In this document: positions 19,918-29,324 of the stretch, piece after piece
How the letters are laid out: every line of letters begins with the position of its first letter
How positions within the stretch are numbered: position 1 is the first letter of the stretch
Assembly (NCBI GenBank): GCA_050013755.1
Contig: JBEKER010000001.1
Span: 37,595 to 101,594, forward strand
Reading direction: 5' to 3'
DNA length: 64,000 nt
DNA from: Halobacteriota archaeon
GTDB lineage: Archaea; Halobacteriota; Bog-38; Methanoflorentales; Methanoflorentaceae
Made by a program: the position numbers and the translations under genes
Notes under the pieces: generated by a model
Seen by the model: only the letters and a program-made list of their open reading frames with translations
Databases searched by the model: none
Told to the model about the DNA's origin: nothing

Positions 19918-21387
19918 TCATTGTGATCGTCCAGACAAAACGTCTGCTATGCAGTCAATAACGTCGGTTGCCAAGAGGCCGTATCCAAAGCGGGAATATG
20001 CCAAGTCGCCGGCACGACCGTTAAGGTAAGCAGCTGCTGAAGCTGCTTGCATTTTGTCTAGGGACGTTGAGAGACCGCCGACAAGCCCTGCTAGGACGTC
20101 GCCAGTACCCCCGACCGTCATCGCGGCGTTACCGGTCTTGTTGAGCCTGTATTTCGTTCCATCTGAGATGATATCGATACGACCCTTGAGCAGCGTTATT
20201 ACGCCCCACTCTCGGGAAAAAGCTTTTACCGCCTCTATTCTTTCTTGAAGCGTGCTTGGGACTTCGGCACCCGTCAGAGCTGCAAACTCGCCAAGGTGTG
20301 GCGTGACAGCTATTCTGCCGCCCTCGTACTCTGAGTTTGCAAGGCCACGGAGCGCGTCTGCGTCGATCGTTAGATTGTTAGAAGCAGTTATCAGCGCGCT
20401 TGCAGCTCGGATCGTCTCTGGGTCAGCACCGAGACCAGGACCTAGCACCACGGAATCGTGTTTGGCAATTAGCTCGATTAGACTCTCAACGTCTCGTGTG
20501 GTGATTCGGTCGATGCCTATCTTTCGAACGATGAGGTTCGGATTGAATCCTGCTATGATCTCGGCGTTTGGTGAGGCAACAGTCACGATATCGACCCCGC
20601 TTCTCATCGCCGCCATAGCAGCAAACGTTGGCGCGCCCGGATAAGGGCCACCGCCAATAATCAGCACTCGCCCATTTTCGCCCTTGTGACTTTCGGCGCG
20701 CCGATGCAGCAACAAATCTCCCGGGCCAGTGCACAGTTCCGCTTCTAGCGGAATCCCAATATCGCAGACTGTGGTTCCCTTTGATCGTGTGCCAGCTTTG
20801 AGGCCGTGAAAGGCGACCAGATAATCTGAATCGACCGCAGTTTCTGTGCGATAGCCGCTTGGCACATCAACTGACAGTTTCTTGATTTTTGCTTGATTGA
20901 TTACGTGAATGACGGTTCGTTCTGGCTCGCGCACGGGCCCCGCTAGCCCTGTGCCAAGCATCGCGTCGACAAGAAGGTTATAGCCTTCCAACTTCGTGAG
21001 AGGGCTGTCCGGGCCAAAAATTGAAGCGCCTTGATAAAGCGTTACCGAATGATCCAAACGCTCCAAAATCTTCCAATTCTTTCGTGATTCTTCAGTCTTC
21101 AGGGCTTTCTCGTGGCCGACCAGTACCACGTGAACGGCAAAATCGCGCGCCAGATGTCGAGCCGCAACAAAGCCGTCGCCGCCGTTGTTCCCTAAACCGC
21201 AGATGATAGCTATTGTCTTGTGAGAGTCGCGTGAACCTTTGCAGAGGTGCCGTACGCGTTCCGCAACGGCCTTTCCTGCATTTTCCATGAGCTGCAGTTT
21301 GGAAATGCCGAGCCCGACGCAGTTTTCGTCGATGCGCCGCATCTCTTCAGCAGATAACGGCTCGAGAGGCATAAACCTAAAATGCAT
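19918..21387 (-). CDS. nnr: bifunctional NAD(P)H-hydrate repair enzyme Nnr (epimerase + ADP-dependent dehydratase)
   Basis: 489 aa; YjeF-N 'ICGLGNNGGDGFVAARHL'; C-terminal carbohydrate-kinase-like domain 'GTGDVLAG'. Confidence 0.85.
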   Translation of the reverse strand: MHFRFMPLEPLSAEEMRRIDENCVGLGISKLQLMENAGKAVAERVRHLCKGSRDSHKTIAIICGLGNNGGDGFVAARHLARDFAVHVVLVGHEKALKTEESRKNWKILERLDHSVTLYQGASIFGPDSPLTKLEGYNLLVDAMLGTGLAGPVREPERTVIHVINQAKIKKLSVDVPSGYRTETAVDSDYLVAFHGLKAGTRSKGTTVCDIGIPLEAELCTGPGDLLLHRRAESHKGENGRVLIIGGGPYPGAPTFAAMAAMRSGVDIVTVASPNAEIIAGFNPNLIVRKIGIDRITTRDVESLIELIAKHDSVVLGPGLGADPETIRAASALITASNNLTIDADALRGLANSEYEGGRIAVTPHLGEFAALTGAEVPSTLQERIEAVKAFSREWGVITLLKGRIDIISDGTKYRLNKTGNAAMTVGGTGDVLAGLVGGLSTSLDKMQAASAAAYLNGRAGDLAYSRFGYGLLATDVIDCIADVLSGRSQ

Positions 21388-21407
21388 AGCGTAAAGATAT
21401 AACGCTT

Positions 21408-21866
21408 GTGCTGCGACGCGTCCGGATCATTGCGGATTACCAGTTCGGGTCGGGGGCCGGAGAGAGTCTCTTTCCAGAAACGGTCACTTTCACGCTGTCG
21501 CGAACGCGAAGGGTCAGTCAGGTTCTCGACGGCGGAATTCGGGTCGCTACGTTGCGTGCATCTGACGGACTTTTCACGTTAGGTGAGCTAGGAGCACGTC
21601 GACTCCACGCACGTTTTTCGTCTCCGAAGCTGCGAGTTATCGTGAACGCCGAATCTGCACCGTTCGTCGCGGCGGGAAAAACGGCCTTTGCAAAACACGT
21701 GATAAGCGCAGACCCGGACTTGAGGGCACAGGACGAGGTGCTCTTGGTCGATGAACGCGACGCGCTCATAGCGACAGGCCGGGCTCTCTTGAGCCCACTA
21801 GAGATGTGCGCGTTCAACAAGGGAGTGGCCGTGAAAACGAGGCAGGGTTTCCTTAAGACGGATTGA
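21408..21866 (+). CDS. PUA domain-containing RNA-binding protein (archaeal pre-PUA + PUA family)
   Basis: 152 aa; N-terminal 'RIIADYQFGSGAGESLF' and C-terminal PUA 'GRALLSPLEMCAFNKGVAVKTRQG'. Confidence 0.6.
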   Translation: MLRRVRIIADYQFGSGAGESLFPETVTFTLSRTRRVSQVLDGGIRVATLRASDGLFTLGELGARRLHARFSSPKLRVIVNAESAPFVAAGKTAFAKHVISADPDLRAQDEVLLVDERDALIATGRALLSPLEMCAFNKGVAVKTRQGFLKTD

Positions 21867-21937
21867 AGGCGCATACCGCGTTCAGGCCTTCCGAATTCAG
21901 CACCATAACGTAAAAATCCTTTGAATGTGTCATTAAC

Positions 21938-22285
21938 GTGGGTGATTCTATGATTCCAGGTATGCGGGGAATGAGCCCCAAGAAAATACAGCAGATGATG
22001 AAACAAATGGGGATCGACGTCGAGGAGTTGGAAAACGTCGAGCGGGTGATCATCCAGCTTTCGGACAAAGAACTCATTTTCGAAGACGTAACGGTGACCG
22101 TGATGACGGCGCAAGGAACCAAGAACTATCAGATATCAGGGGAACCTACAGAGCGTGCGAAAGTGACCGATGAAGACGTCAAGATAGTTACAGAACAGGC
22201 GGGAGTGAGCGAGGATGCTGCACGCGAAGCATTGGTGACTTCCGGAGGAGATCTCGCCGATGCTATTCTCAAATTGAAGGGGTAG
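21938..22285 (+). CDS. nac: nascent polypeptide-associated complex protein (archaeal NAC alpha)
   Basis: NAC domain 'VERVIIQLSDKELIFEDVTVTVMTAQGTKNYQISGEP' + C-terminal UBA 'EDAAREALVTSGGDLADAILKL'. Confidence 0.8.
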   Translation: MGDSMIPGMRGMSPKKIQQMMKQMGIDVEELENVERVIIQLSDKELIFEDVTVTVMTAQGTKNYQISGEPTERAKVTDEDVKIVTEQAGVSEDAAREALVTSGGDLADAILKLKG

Positions 22286-22297
22286 TAGCAGCAAGAT

Positions 22298-23023
22298 ATG
22301 ATAGAGAACGCACTTTTGGTCTCTGTCGCAAACGCTGAAAGGCAATTCTTAGTTAGATCCGAAGGAGAGCTTCACACGGACGCTGGCGTCATCAACCTTG
22401 AGATTCTGCAAGCTCTGGAATATGGCAGCGTAATTACCACGCACCTGGGCACGGAATTCAAGGTGCTGAGGCCCCGCGCTCCTGATTATTTTCGTCATTT
22501 GAAACGAACGGGCGCGCCCATGATGCCGAAGGACATCGGCATTATAATCGCTCATACGGGTTTGAACAAGAACGACATCGCTCTCGACGCAGGCGCAGGG
22601 TCGGGAATCACAGCGATCTTCTTGGGAAGCGTCGCCGAACACGTGACTTCGTACGAAATCAACGGTGGTTTTGCTAAACGCGCTGCACAGAATGTCAGAG
22701 ACGCAGGACTGACGAACATTGATATCGTTGAAGGCGACGTGCTGGAAATGACCTCAGACGTAGAGTTCGACGTCATCACGCTCGATTTGTACGACATCGT
22801 CAAAGCAATCGGAGTGGTAAAGGAGTATTTAGCGCCCGGTGGGTTCATCGCAACCTTCTCTCCGTTCTATGAGCAGGCTTTTGAGGCGCGCAAGGCGCTT
22901 GCGCGCTTTACTCAAATCAAGACGTTTGAGGTAATTGAGCGAGAAATGCAGTTCGGAAAGAGGGGTACGCGCCCTGCCACACGAGTCGGTCACACTGGAT
23001 TCGTTACGATAGCCCGAGCCTGA
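22298..23023 (+). CDS. trmI: tRNA (adenine57/58-N1)-methyltransferase TrmI (Gcd14 family)
   Basis: 241 aa; 'ALDAGAGSGITAIFLGS' SAM motif; N-terminal beta-barrel domain typical of TrmI. Confidence 0.75.
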   Translation: MIENALLVSVANAERQFLVRSEGELHTDAGVINLEILQALEYGSVITTHLGTEFKVLRPRAPDYFRHLKRTGAPMMPKDIGIIIAHTGLNKNDIALDAGAGSGITAIFLGSVAEHVTSYEINGGFAKRAAQNVRDAGLTNIDIVEGDVLEMTSDVEFDVITLDLYDIVKAIGVVKEYLAPGGFIATFSPFYEQAFEARKALARFTQIKTFEVIEREMQFGKRGTRPATRVGHTGFVTIARA

Positions 23024-23114
23024 CCGCTGCGAGCCGCCTCTATAGCCTGTTTTGCTTGCGAAATGAGCGCCAACTTATAAATAATAATATGAACGATTTT
23101 TTTTGGGGGGATGT

Positions 23115-23291
23115 ATGGGCTTAGGAACCAGCACAACTGAACCCGACATAGATTGTCTGGCGTTTATGGGATACGAGCAATACGGGGTAACCAAATACGT
23201 GCGCTGCGGTGCTTTCGGGATACTCCCGCTTGATTCGTGCAAGCGCTGCGTGGACTACAGAAAAGCACGAGCCCCTGATTACTACCGCTAG
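23115..23291 (+). CDS. small Cys-containing hypothetical protein (58 aa; possible zinc-binding)
   Basis: The tracked ORF starts at a TTG at 23103. ATG at 23115 sits about 33 nt downstream of TATA-like 'TTATAAAT' (23075-23082). Four Cys ('DCLAF...RCGAF...CKRC'). Confidence 0.35.
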   Translation: MGLGTSTTEPDIDCLAFMGYEQYGVTKYVRCGAFGILPLDSCKRCVDYRKARAPDYYR

Positions 23292-24487
23292 CTCCCCGTC
23301 CGCGAAAGTGCCTTCGCGTACGCCTTCTCAGTCCTCCGAGCGATGTTATCCCACGTAAGGGCCTCTCTAACGGCTGCGTAAGCCTCTGTTGCGAGATCGT
23401 CTCGCAGGGTCTGATCAGCTAGGAGCCGATTCACACCTTGCGACAGCGCAAATACATCCCGTGGGCGCACGAGCACGCCGCAGCTGTCGTTCAGTATCTC
23501 AGGAATTCCCCCTACGTTCGTTGCGACCACCGGCCGCTTACAGGCCATTGACTCAATTAAAAAGAGACTAGACGCTTCCATCAAGCTTGGGATCACGACG
23601 ATATCGGATGCCGAAATGTACTGGGGCAACTCTGTGTGCCGCACTGCCCCCAGGAACGACACGACGTCTTGAAGGCCGTGCTGCTCAACAAGCCTTTCGA
23701 GGTGACGCCTCTCTGGCCCATCTCCGGCGATCACAAGCTGGGCATCGTGTTGCGCGATGATGTCCGGCATGGCCAAGATGAGGTAGTCCACGCCGTTCTT
23801 TTCGACAAGTCTTCGCGCGGTGAATAGAACCGTTTGGTCAGCGAGAGATTCCGTGGGAACAACGTCGGGGTTAAACGCGCGCGGGTTGAAGCCGTTGTGT
23901 ATTGTCACCACTTTGTCGGCGGGTGCGCCCCATCCGATGACTCTGCGGGCGAAGTACGCACCCGTGTGAATCTGCATCTTGGACAGTCGCGCAAGCGCTG
24001 GGGCGAGCGCGCGTTCGGTAAATCTGTAGAGCGACGCGACTACAGGTGGCTCTATGTAGCGCCAGATGTCGTAGTAGGACCCGTGAAGTGTGTTGACCGC
24101 GACTCCTCCATATCTTCGAGCCAAGACGTTTGCTGCCACGCCTGACGTGTAGAAATGGCCGTGGTAGATATCAAACCCGGAGAGATCTGCAGCAAACGTA
24201 GCAAACGGAAATGCGACCTGTCGGGCAAATCTTAGGTTCGAAGGATCCCACGTGCGTTTCATAGAGCCGGCAAGGTCAACGTTTTTGACGGATACGTCTT
24301 CAATGCGAAACTCAGTGGCTCTGCTGCTTGCCCCGCTTACTATCGTAACTTCGTGTCCGAGTTTTGCTAGCGATTTCGACAGTTCAAGCAGTGCAACTTC
24401 AATCCCCCCGAGCAATACCCCTTCTGGCTGCGGACCGAGCTCATAGATGTGTGCAATCTTCAGCGAGTTCAAACGCGCACCTTCCAT
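23288..24487 (-). CDS. glycosyltransferase family 4 (GT-B fold)
   Basis: 399 aa; C-terminal 'ESMACKRPVVATNVGGIPEIL' EX7E motif. Confidence 0.8.
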   Translation of the reverse strand: MEGARLNSLKIAHIYELGPQPEGVLLGGIEVALLELSKSLAKLGHEVTIVSGASSRATEFRIEDVSVKNVDLAGSMKRTWDPSNLRFARQVAFPFATFAADLSGFDIYHGHFYTSGVAANVLARRYGGVAVNTLHGSYYDIWRYIEPPVVASLYRFTERALAPALARLSKMQIHTGAYFARRVIGWGAPADKVVTIHNGFNPRAFNPDVVPTESLADQTVLFTARRLVEKNGVDYLILAMPDIIAQHDAQLVIAGDGPERRHLERLVEQHGLQDVVSFLGAVRHTELPQYISASDIVVIPSLMEASSLFLIESMACKRPVVATNVGGIPEILNDSCGVLVRPRDVFALSQGVNRLLADQTLRDDLATEAYAAVREALTWDNIARRTEKAYAKALSRTGS

Positions 24488-25311
24488 TGTCGGGCAATTT
24501 GAGCCAGCGTTGAGAACTTAAAGCGCGCATCTTCGTGCAAATCTTGCAAGACGGAGGAGAAAAGCCCCATATAACAGCCTACTTCGGACGACGGGTGCGC
24601 GTATAAGACGAATGGGAGCCTCTTGCGGTGCCAACGATCTGCGTTCGCGCGCACTCTCACTTTGATCTCGTCTTCTGGGACGCCCCTCGCGTACAGTTCG
24701 CCGATCGAATCCATCGAAACCGGCACTTGTAGCACGTGCCGTGTCTCTGCGCCAGTCTTTGGGTAAAACGGAGACGTCGGCTCGGAGCATTTGAAATCAC
24801 TTGAATAATTGAAGCCAAACGAATCAATGGCGCGGAGCAAAGCGCTGGTGACGGTAAATCCAGGCGACGCAAAGCCCGCTATGTTGGTTGCACTTGCTGC
24901 CGCGAGCGCCGCGAGCCCTCTGCTGATGAGCGCTTTGATAGCCGTCTCGTCCATGTTCGGTAATTCATTCATCCATGCGTAGTGATCATACCCGTGCAAT
25001 CCTAGTTCGTGTCCTTCGTCGGTAATCCCCAACAGGGCTGCTGGACACGCCTCTTCGACGCGCACGTTCCGCAAGATCCCGTTTAAACTTTGCAATCGGT
25101 ATCGCAGCGGTTTCGATTTGATGAAAGTCAAGTAACTTCGCGGGTTTGCGGCGTGCTTGAAGAGATTAAGCGCTAGTCGGTCAGGACCAGTGGTTACGAA
25201 GAACGTCCCCTTAATGTCAAGAAGCCGAAATAGGTCCAACAGTTCAGGCGCTAGGGCAATATCTCGTGTGCTATCAATGTCAATTCTTATCGCAACGGGG
25301 GTCTCAAACAT
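24469..25311 (-). CDS. polysaccharide deacetylase (NodB/CE4-like)
   Basis: 'IRIDIDSTRD...KGTFFVTTG' and 'GHELGLHGYDHY' NodB-homology motifs; overlaps the GT4 start by 19 nt, implying an operon. Confidence 0.6.
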   Translation of the reverse strand: MFETPVAIRIDIDSTRDIALAPELLDLFRLLDIKGTFFVTTGPDRLALNLFKHAANPRSYLTFIKSKPLRYRLQSLNGILRNVRVEEACPAALLGITDEGHELGLHGYDHYAWMNELPNMDETAIKALISRGLAALAAASATNIAGFASPGFTVTSALLRAIDSFGFNYSSDFKCSEPTSPFYPKTGAETRHVLQVPVSMDSIGELYARGVPEDEIKVRVRANADRWHRKRLPFVLYAHPSSEVGCYMGLFSSVLQDLHEDARFKFSTLAQIARQWKVRV

Positions 25312-25448
25312 GGCCGCTTGTACAAAAAAGTATATCTATACACGTTTTCAAAAATCGTAAGTAGTATTAAGCTTGTCGTTAGCCGCAAGCCGTTCCGTTG
25401 AAGTCGCACATTTTTACAACGATTTGGTAGGTAGAGGCACAAAAACCC

Positions 25449-26384
25449 ATGGATCGTTCGCTACTCAGACAAAATCAAAGCGTCAGGCTGAAGGTGGGCC
25501 TACTCTGCGCGTGCCTCGCACTTACTTTCTTTATCTTCGGGAGCGCTTTTGCCAACGTCGCTCCCATTCTTAACTACGCTACGCTAAAGCAAAACGGGTT
25601 TTATTTGTGGGCAGTTCTAGCTCTGTGCATCGCGTGGGTTTATGTCAAGCGAACAGAGATTCTCGACGCCGCCCACATAGGGACCGATAGTCAATGGGTG
25701 CTCGTCGGCATAACGCTTGTTGGCGCCTCTCTTGGAGTCCTATACTACGCTGCTGCTTTTGCCGAATCGCTTCCGTTAACTCTATTTGCCATTGCTTTTG
25801 TCGTCGTCGCTCAATTTGCGCTTTTTTTTGGAAAGGCGTCAAAAATACCACTCATGCTGCTGGGAGTGTTCGGTATTGCCGTCGCTTTTCCGGCGCTACT
25901 CGAAAGCGCACTAGCCGCACCTTTCCCGAGGGCAACGGCAGTTCTCTGCGTGTCAACATTGCAACTGGCCAGGGTGCCTATCACTCTAAATGGGGTCACC
26001 GTGACGCTAAACAGCCTGATGGGTTACAACATTATTGTGAACGTCGATACGAGGTGCGCTGGAAGCGACTCGTTGGCGATATTTCTAGCGATTTTTGCCC
26101 TCATGCTCATCGATCGAAAGCCAGGCAACAAGGCCGTGCTCGGACTGTTTATTTTTGGTGTTGTTGGCGCGTATCTGCAGAACTTTGTAAGGCTGCTAGC
26201 GTTGTTCACAGCTGGATATTACTATGGCGCTAACGCCCTGTGGGCAGTTCATGACTACGCAAGCTACATACTTTTTCCAGTGTGGTTTCTGGCCTTTGCG
26301 GTCATTTACATGAGGTATGCTCGGAAGCCAGGTAATCCGGCGATCGGCCGTATGACAAGCACTGAGAGCACGCCGGAGCTCTAG
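25449..26384 (+). CDS. artA: archaeosortase A (exosortase/archaeosortase family transpeptidase)
   Basis: 311 aa polytopic membrane protein; active-site-like 'VNVDTRCAGSDSLAIFLAIF' (C-[SA]-G-x-x-S exosortase signature) followed by conserved Arg-containing TMs; PGF-CTERM substrates lie nearby. Confidence 0.6.
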   Translation: MDRSLLRQNQSVRLKVGLLCACLALTFFIFGSAFANVAPILNYATLKQNGFYLWAVLALCIAWVYVKRTEILDAAHIGTDSQWVLVGITLVGASLGVLYYAAAFAESLPLTLFAIAFVVVAQFALFFGKASKIPLMLLGVFGIAVAFPALLESALAAPFPRATAVLCVSTLQLARVPITLNGVTVTLNSLMGYNIIVNVDTRCAGSDSLAIFLAIFALMLIDRKPGNKAVLGLFIFGVVGAYLQNFVRLLALFTAGYYYGANALWAVHDYASYILFPVWFLAFAVIYMRYARKPGNPAIGRMTSTESTPEL

Positions 26385-26632
26385 TGTGCTTGACTCGACC
26401 CCTGGATGGAGTGTTGTGTGTCCGCGCCTCTTACCTGTTCTCTTTTTCGTCAAGCCGCTAAAATTAGAGTTATTTGACGCTTTTCTCCCCGCAGTGCGGT
26501 TCGAATGTGAAGTACAAATAACAAAGACTAAGTAGCATTGTAAAAAAAATAACTAGCCTGCCAACAAGCCGTAATTCGTCTTTAGCTGCATATCGACGCA
26601 GCTTCTTTTTAGACCTGTGAGACTTCCCAAAG

Positions 26633-28369
26633 ATGTCGGCACCCCACCATAAAACGCGCCTCCGCATACACGGCTGGACGCAGCGTCTCAAGAAGTTCGC
26701 ATTTCTTTTGCTTTTAGGTGCGGTTTTGATCTCTCTTACAGCAGCGACGGCAAACCTTGCGGGAGTAGCGAACGCGACGCAGGCGCAGCCATTCGTAGGC
26801 GCGACGACGCATCCGATACAGTATTGGATTGGCTGCGCGCCGTCGATGGTAACGAGCGCTAATTTGAACTATTTTAAACAACAAGGATTCACCGCTGTCG
26901 TTGTGGTTGTTCCCAACAGTCAAACGTATCAAACGCAGCTCAACACGATCAAATCGCTCAACATGTTGCCGATTATTGACGTCGAGATGCCCATTTGGAA
27001 CGGCGGACAGCTTCAGAGCACTCCTATAAGCAATTTTGCCGGCTATTTCCAATCACTCAAAACCGCCGGCTGGCGATACGTCGCTTCGGAAGGCGGCAGG
27101 ACCGGCGATCTCGCTTACATGAAGAATTACTTCCAAGGCTATGTGAACTTCAACTGTGATCAGTGTGGCCTGTGGAAAGACGTGTATAAGGACCCATTTA
27201 CGGTCGCGAACAGCTGGGAGAGCTACTACACATCTGAGTGGCCGTACATCCAAACTGGATCAAAGCAGGCCGCTGCGCTTGGCATCCAGAACGGCATCCT
27301 CGCTGGTACGTGGGCTAATAGCGGCGGCGACAACCAGATATACGCCAACTCCGTTAGCGGCAGCACGCCCAGTTACAAGTCAATGCTAGATTGGTCGTAC
27401 GCTAATGGAATCGGCTTCACCAGCTTCCACGTTTGGTGCGGTGACAATCCCAATGGGCTAAGCCAGTACAAAACATTAGGATTTGACAAGATAGTCGCAA
27501 ACCTGCAGAAGTATTATCCCGCGACTAAGTCAGCTTCACTCGCCAAGGGGCCACGTTGGTCGACGATCGGCGGGCAACTTGCTTCAGGCACCGGCCCTGC
27601 GGTCTCTTCATGGTCAGGAGGCCGACTCGACGTCTTTGTAGAAGGTACGGACGGCGCCCTGTATCAAAAATCGTGGACCGGCACTTCGTGGTCAAGCTGG
27701 CATTCCCTCGGCGGGAAGCTGACGGCGTCACCCGCTGCAACCGTCACGACGCCAAACACCGCTAACCACGTCTACGTCTTTGTGCGCGGCACCGACGGTG
27801 CTGTCTGGACAAAGCACTGGAATGGGGGTGCATGGTCCACCTGGGCCTCTATCGGCGGTCAGCTTGCTTCCGGTACAGGACCCGCGGTGTGCTCACAAGG
27901 CAGCAGCCTTGACGTCTTTGTACAGGGCACCGACCACGTCCTCTACTATACACACTGGGATGGCACGACCTGGTCAGGATGGCATTCCCTCGGCGCGGGG
28001 CTGACCTCGTCACCCGGTGTGACCTCGCAGGCGAACGGTAAGATCGACGTCTTTGTCCGCGGCACCGACAACGCCATATGGTGCCGGGAGTACTCGGGAA
28101 CCTCCTGGTCCAACTGGAAAGGCCTCAGCGGGCTGGTTGCCTCCGGCACAGGACCCGCGGCCTGCTCATGGGGCACGGGTCGTCTCGACGTCTTCGTACA
28201 CGGTACAGACGGCGTCTTGTACCAAAAGACGTGGACCGGCTCGTCGTGGTCCATCTGGCAATCCCTCGGCGGGAAACTGACCTCGTCACCTGCTGCGACC
28301 GCACCGGCCAGCGGCGTGATCGACGTTTTTGTCCGCGGCACCGACAACGCCATCTGGGAGACTCATTAA
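26633..28369 (+). CDS. secreted carbohydrate-active protein: N-terminal glycoside-hydrolase-like domain + C-terminal six-bladed lectin-like beta-propeller (~48 aa Trp-rich repeats)
   Basis: Signal peptide 'FAFLLLLGAVLISLTAATANLAG'. Residues ~300-578 hold six repeats of 'DVFV.GTD..LY.K.W.G..WS.W.SLGG.L.S.P' alternating with 'ASGTGPA.CS' linkers. No PGF-CTERM. Confidence 0.6.
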   Translation: MSAPHHKTRLRIHGWTQRLKKFAFLLLLGAVLISLTAATANLAGVANATQAQPFVGATTHPIQYWIGCAPSMVTSANLNYFKQQGFTAVVVVVPNSQTYQTQLNTIKSLNMLPIIDVEMPIWNGGQLQSTPISNFAGYFQSLKTAGWRYVASEGGRTGDLAYMKNYFQGYVNFNCDQCGLWKDVYKDPFTVANSWESYYTSEWPYIQTGSKQAAALGIQNGILAGTWANSGGDNQIYANSVSGSTPSYKSMLDWSYANGIGFTSFHVWCGDNPNGLSQYKTLGFDKIVANLQKYYPATKSASLAKGPRWSTIGGQLASGTGPAVSSWSGGRLDVFVEGTDGALYQKSWTGTSWSSWHSLGGKLTASPAATVTTPNTANHVYVFVRGTDGAVWTKHWNGGAWSTWASIGGQLASGTGPAVCSQGSSLDVFVQGTDHVLYYTHWDGTTWSGWHSLGAGLTSSPGVTSQANGKIDVFVRGTDNAIWCREYSGTSWSNWKGLSGLVASGTGPAACSWGTGRLDVFVHGTDGVLYQKTWTGSSWSIWQSLGGKLTSSPAATAPASGVIDVFVRGTDNAIWETH

Positions 28370-28370
28370 G
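27560..28370. repeat. intragenic tandem repeats (~144 bp unit, ~5.5 copies, diverged) encoding the beta-propeller blades
   Basis: for example 'cgacgtctttgtccgcggcaccgacaacgccat' (28044) versus 'cgacgtttttgtccgcggcaccgacaacgccat' (28320); the repeats also create similar peptides in alternative frames of the ORF track. Confidence 0.8.
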
Positions 28371-28509
28371 GCCCGTTCACACAGACGTTTGCACCAGTTG
28401 GCACACCCGCTTACGCTGCCTCCATCGTCTACGTGCACTAATAGGACGCTGCATAAATCTGTTAAGAGAGGGTTAACGAGGAATATCGCCATTCTTATAT
28501 ACGGGCCGC

Positions 28510-29130
28510 GTGAAACTAGGTTCTTTGAGGAATATGAGGAAAAGTCGTTTCTCGTTGTTAGTGGTCGCGACGGTGATCGCTACTATCTTGATAGCTGGCT
28601 GTACTTCGCCAACTCAGACCAGCCCACAAGTCGCGAGCACAAATGCTTCGTCAACGACTGCGTCAACTACGACGAATAGTTCATCAGCGGTCAAAACGGC
28701 GGCTCCAAGCGCCACCCCGTCGCCAAGCGCTAGCGCGTCACCAACTCAGGTGGCATCACCAACTCCGACGACATCACCAACTCCGACGGAATCGCCATCG
28801 GGGAAGATTGCTACGTCGATTGCAGCAACTGGCTTAATTAGCCCCCCACTTCCAACTCCCACGAGTGGGCAGCCTATAAACTGGGGGATTCAGGTAACTT
28901 CGCAAGCTACCGGGCTCAGGATTTGTCCGGGCAGCGGCGTTAGCGTTTTGATAAACGGTAAAGCGGCGGGACAAGTGAGCTACGTGGGCGGGAGTCAATG
29001 TGGCAAGACTGCGTACTTTACGCTCAGTAGTGGCTTGCAGAAAGGCACTTACACAGTTACGCTCAGATATTCTGGAGACAGCACATACCAGCCCATAGCA
29101 AGCACCTTTCAAATCACGGTCAACCCCTAA
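28510..29130 (+). CDS. secreted Ser/Thr/Pro-rich (mucin-like) protein with lipobox-like Cys and a C-terminal Ig-like domain
   Basis: 'VVATVIATILIAGCTSPTQ' (signal + lipobox-like 'IAGC'); ~75 aa S/T/P/A low-complexity linker; C-terminal beta-rich 'TYTVTLRYSGDSTYQPIASTFQITVNP'. Confidence 0.6.
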   Translation: MKLGSLRNMRKSRFSLLVVATVIATILIAGCTSPTQTSPQVASTNASSTTASTTTNSSSAVKTAAPSATPSPSASASPTQVASPTPTTSPTPTESPSGKIATSIAATGLISPPLPTPTSGQPINWGIQVTSQATGLRICPGSGVSVLINGKAAGQVSYVGGSQCGKTAYFTLSSGLQKGTYTVTLRYSGDSTYQPIASTFQITVNP

Positions 29131-29324
29131 AGGTTTTTTAACCTACGAGCGTTTCGTTGCTTGAGTGTCCCCATCAATCGTTTCACAGTAGCAATACGAC
29201 GCCAATAGTTTTTCAGCACAGACGTGCGATTTAGATACTATTATATATTAGGTCAGCTGCAAAAACAAGACTTTGCTGAGCGCCGCGCGCTCTCCAACTC
29301 GCCGAAATCGCTGAATTTGGGTTC

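Noticed and set aside
26470-26510. 'gcggttcgaatg' resembling a tRNA T-loop (GGTTCGAAT) in the ArtA downstream spacer
   Set aside because: Flanking sequence cannot form a T-stem or acceptor stem. No cloverleaf could be built by eye
27946-28353. 135-aa minus-strand ORF and 75/132-aa plus-strand alternative-frame ORFs with repeated peptides inside the propeller gene
   Set aside because: Artefacts of the ~144-bp tandem DNA repeats. The repeat periodicity creates stop-free runs in other frames. The +1-frame 578-aa protein has coherent blades and a signal peptide
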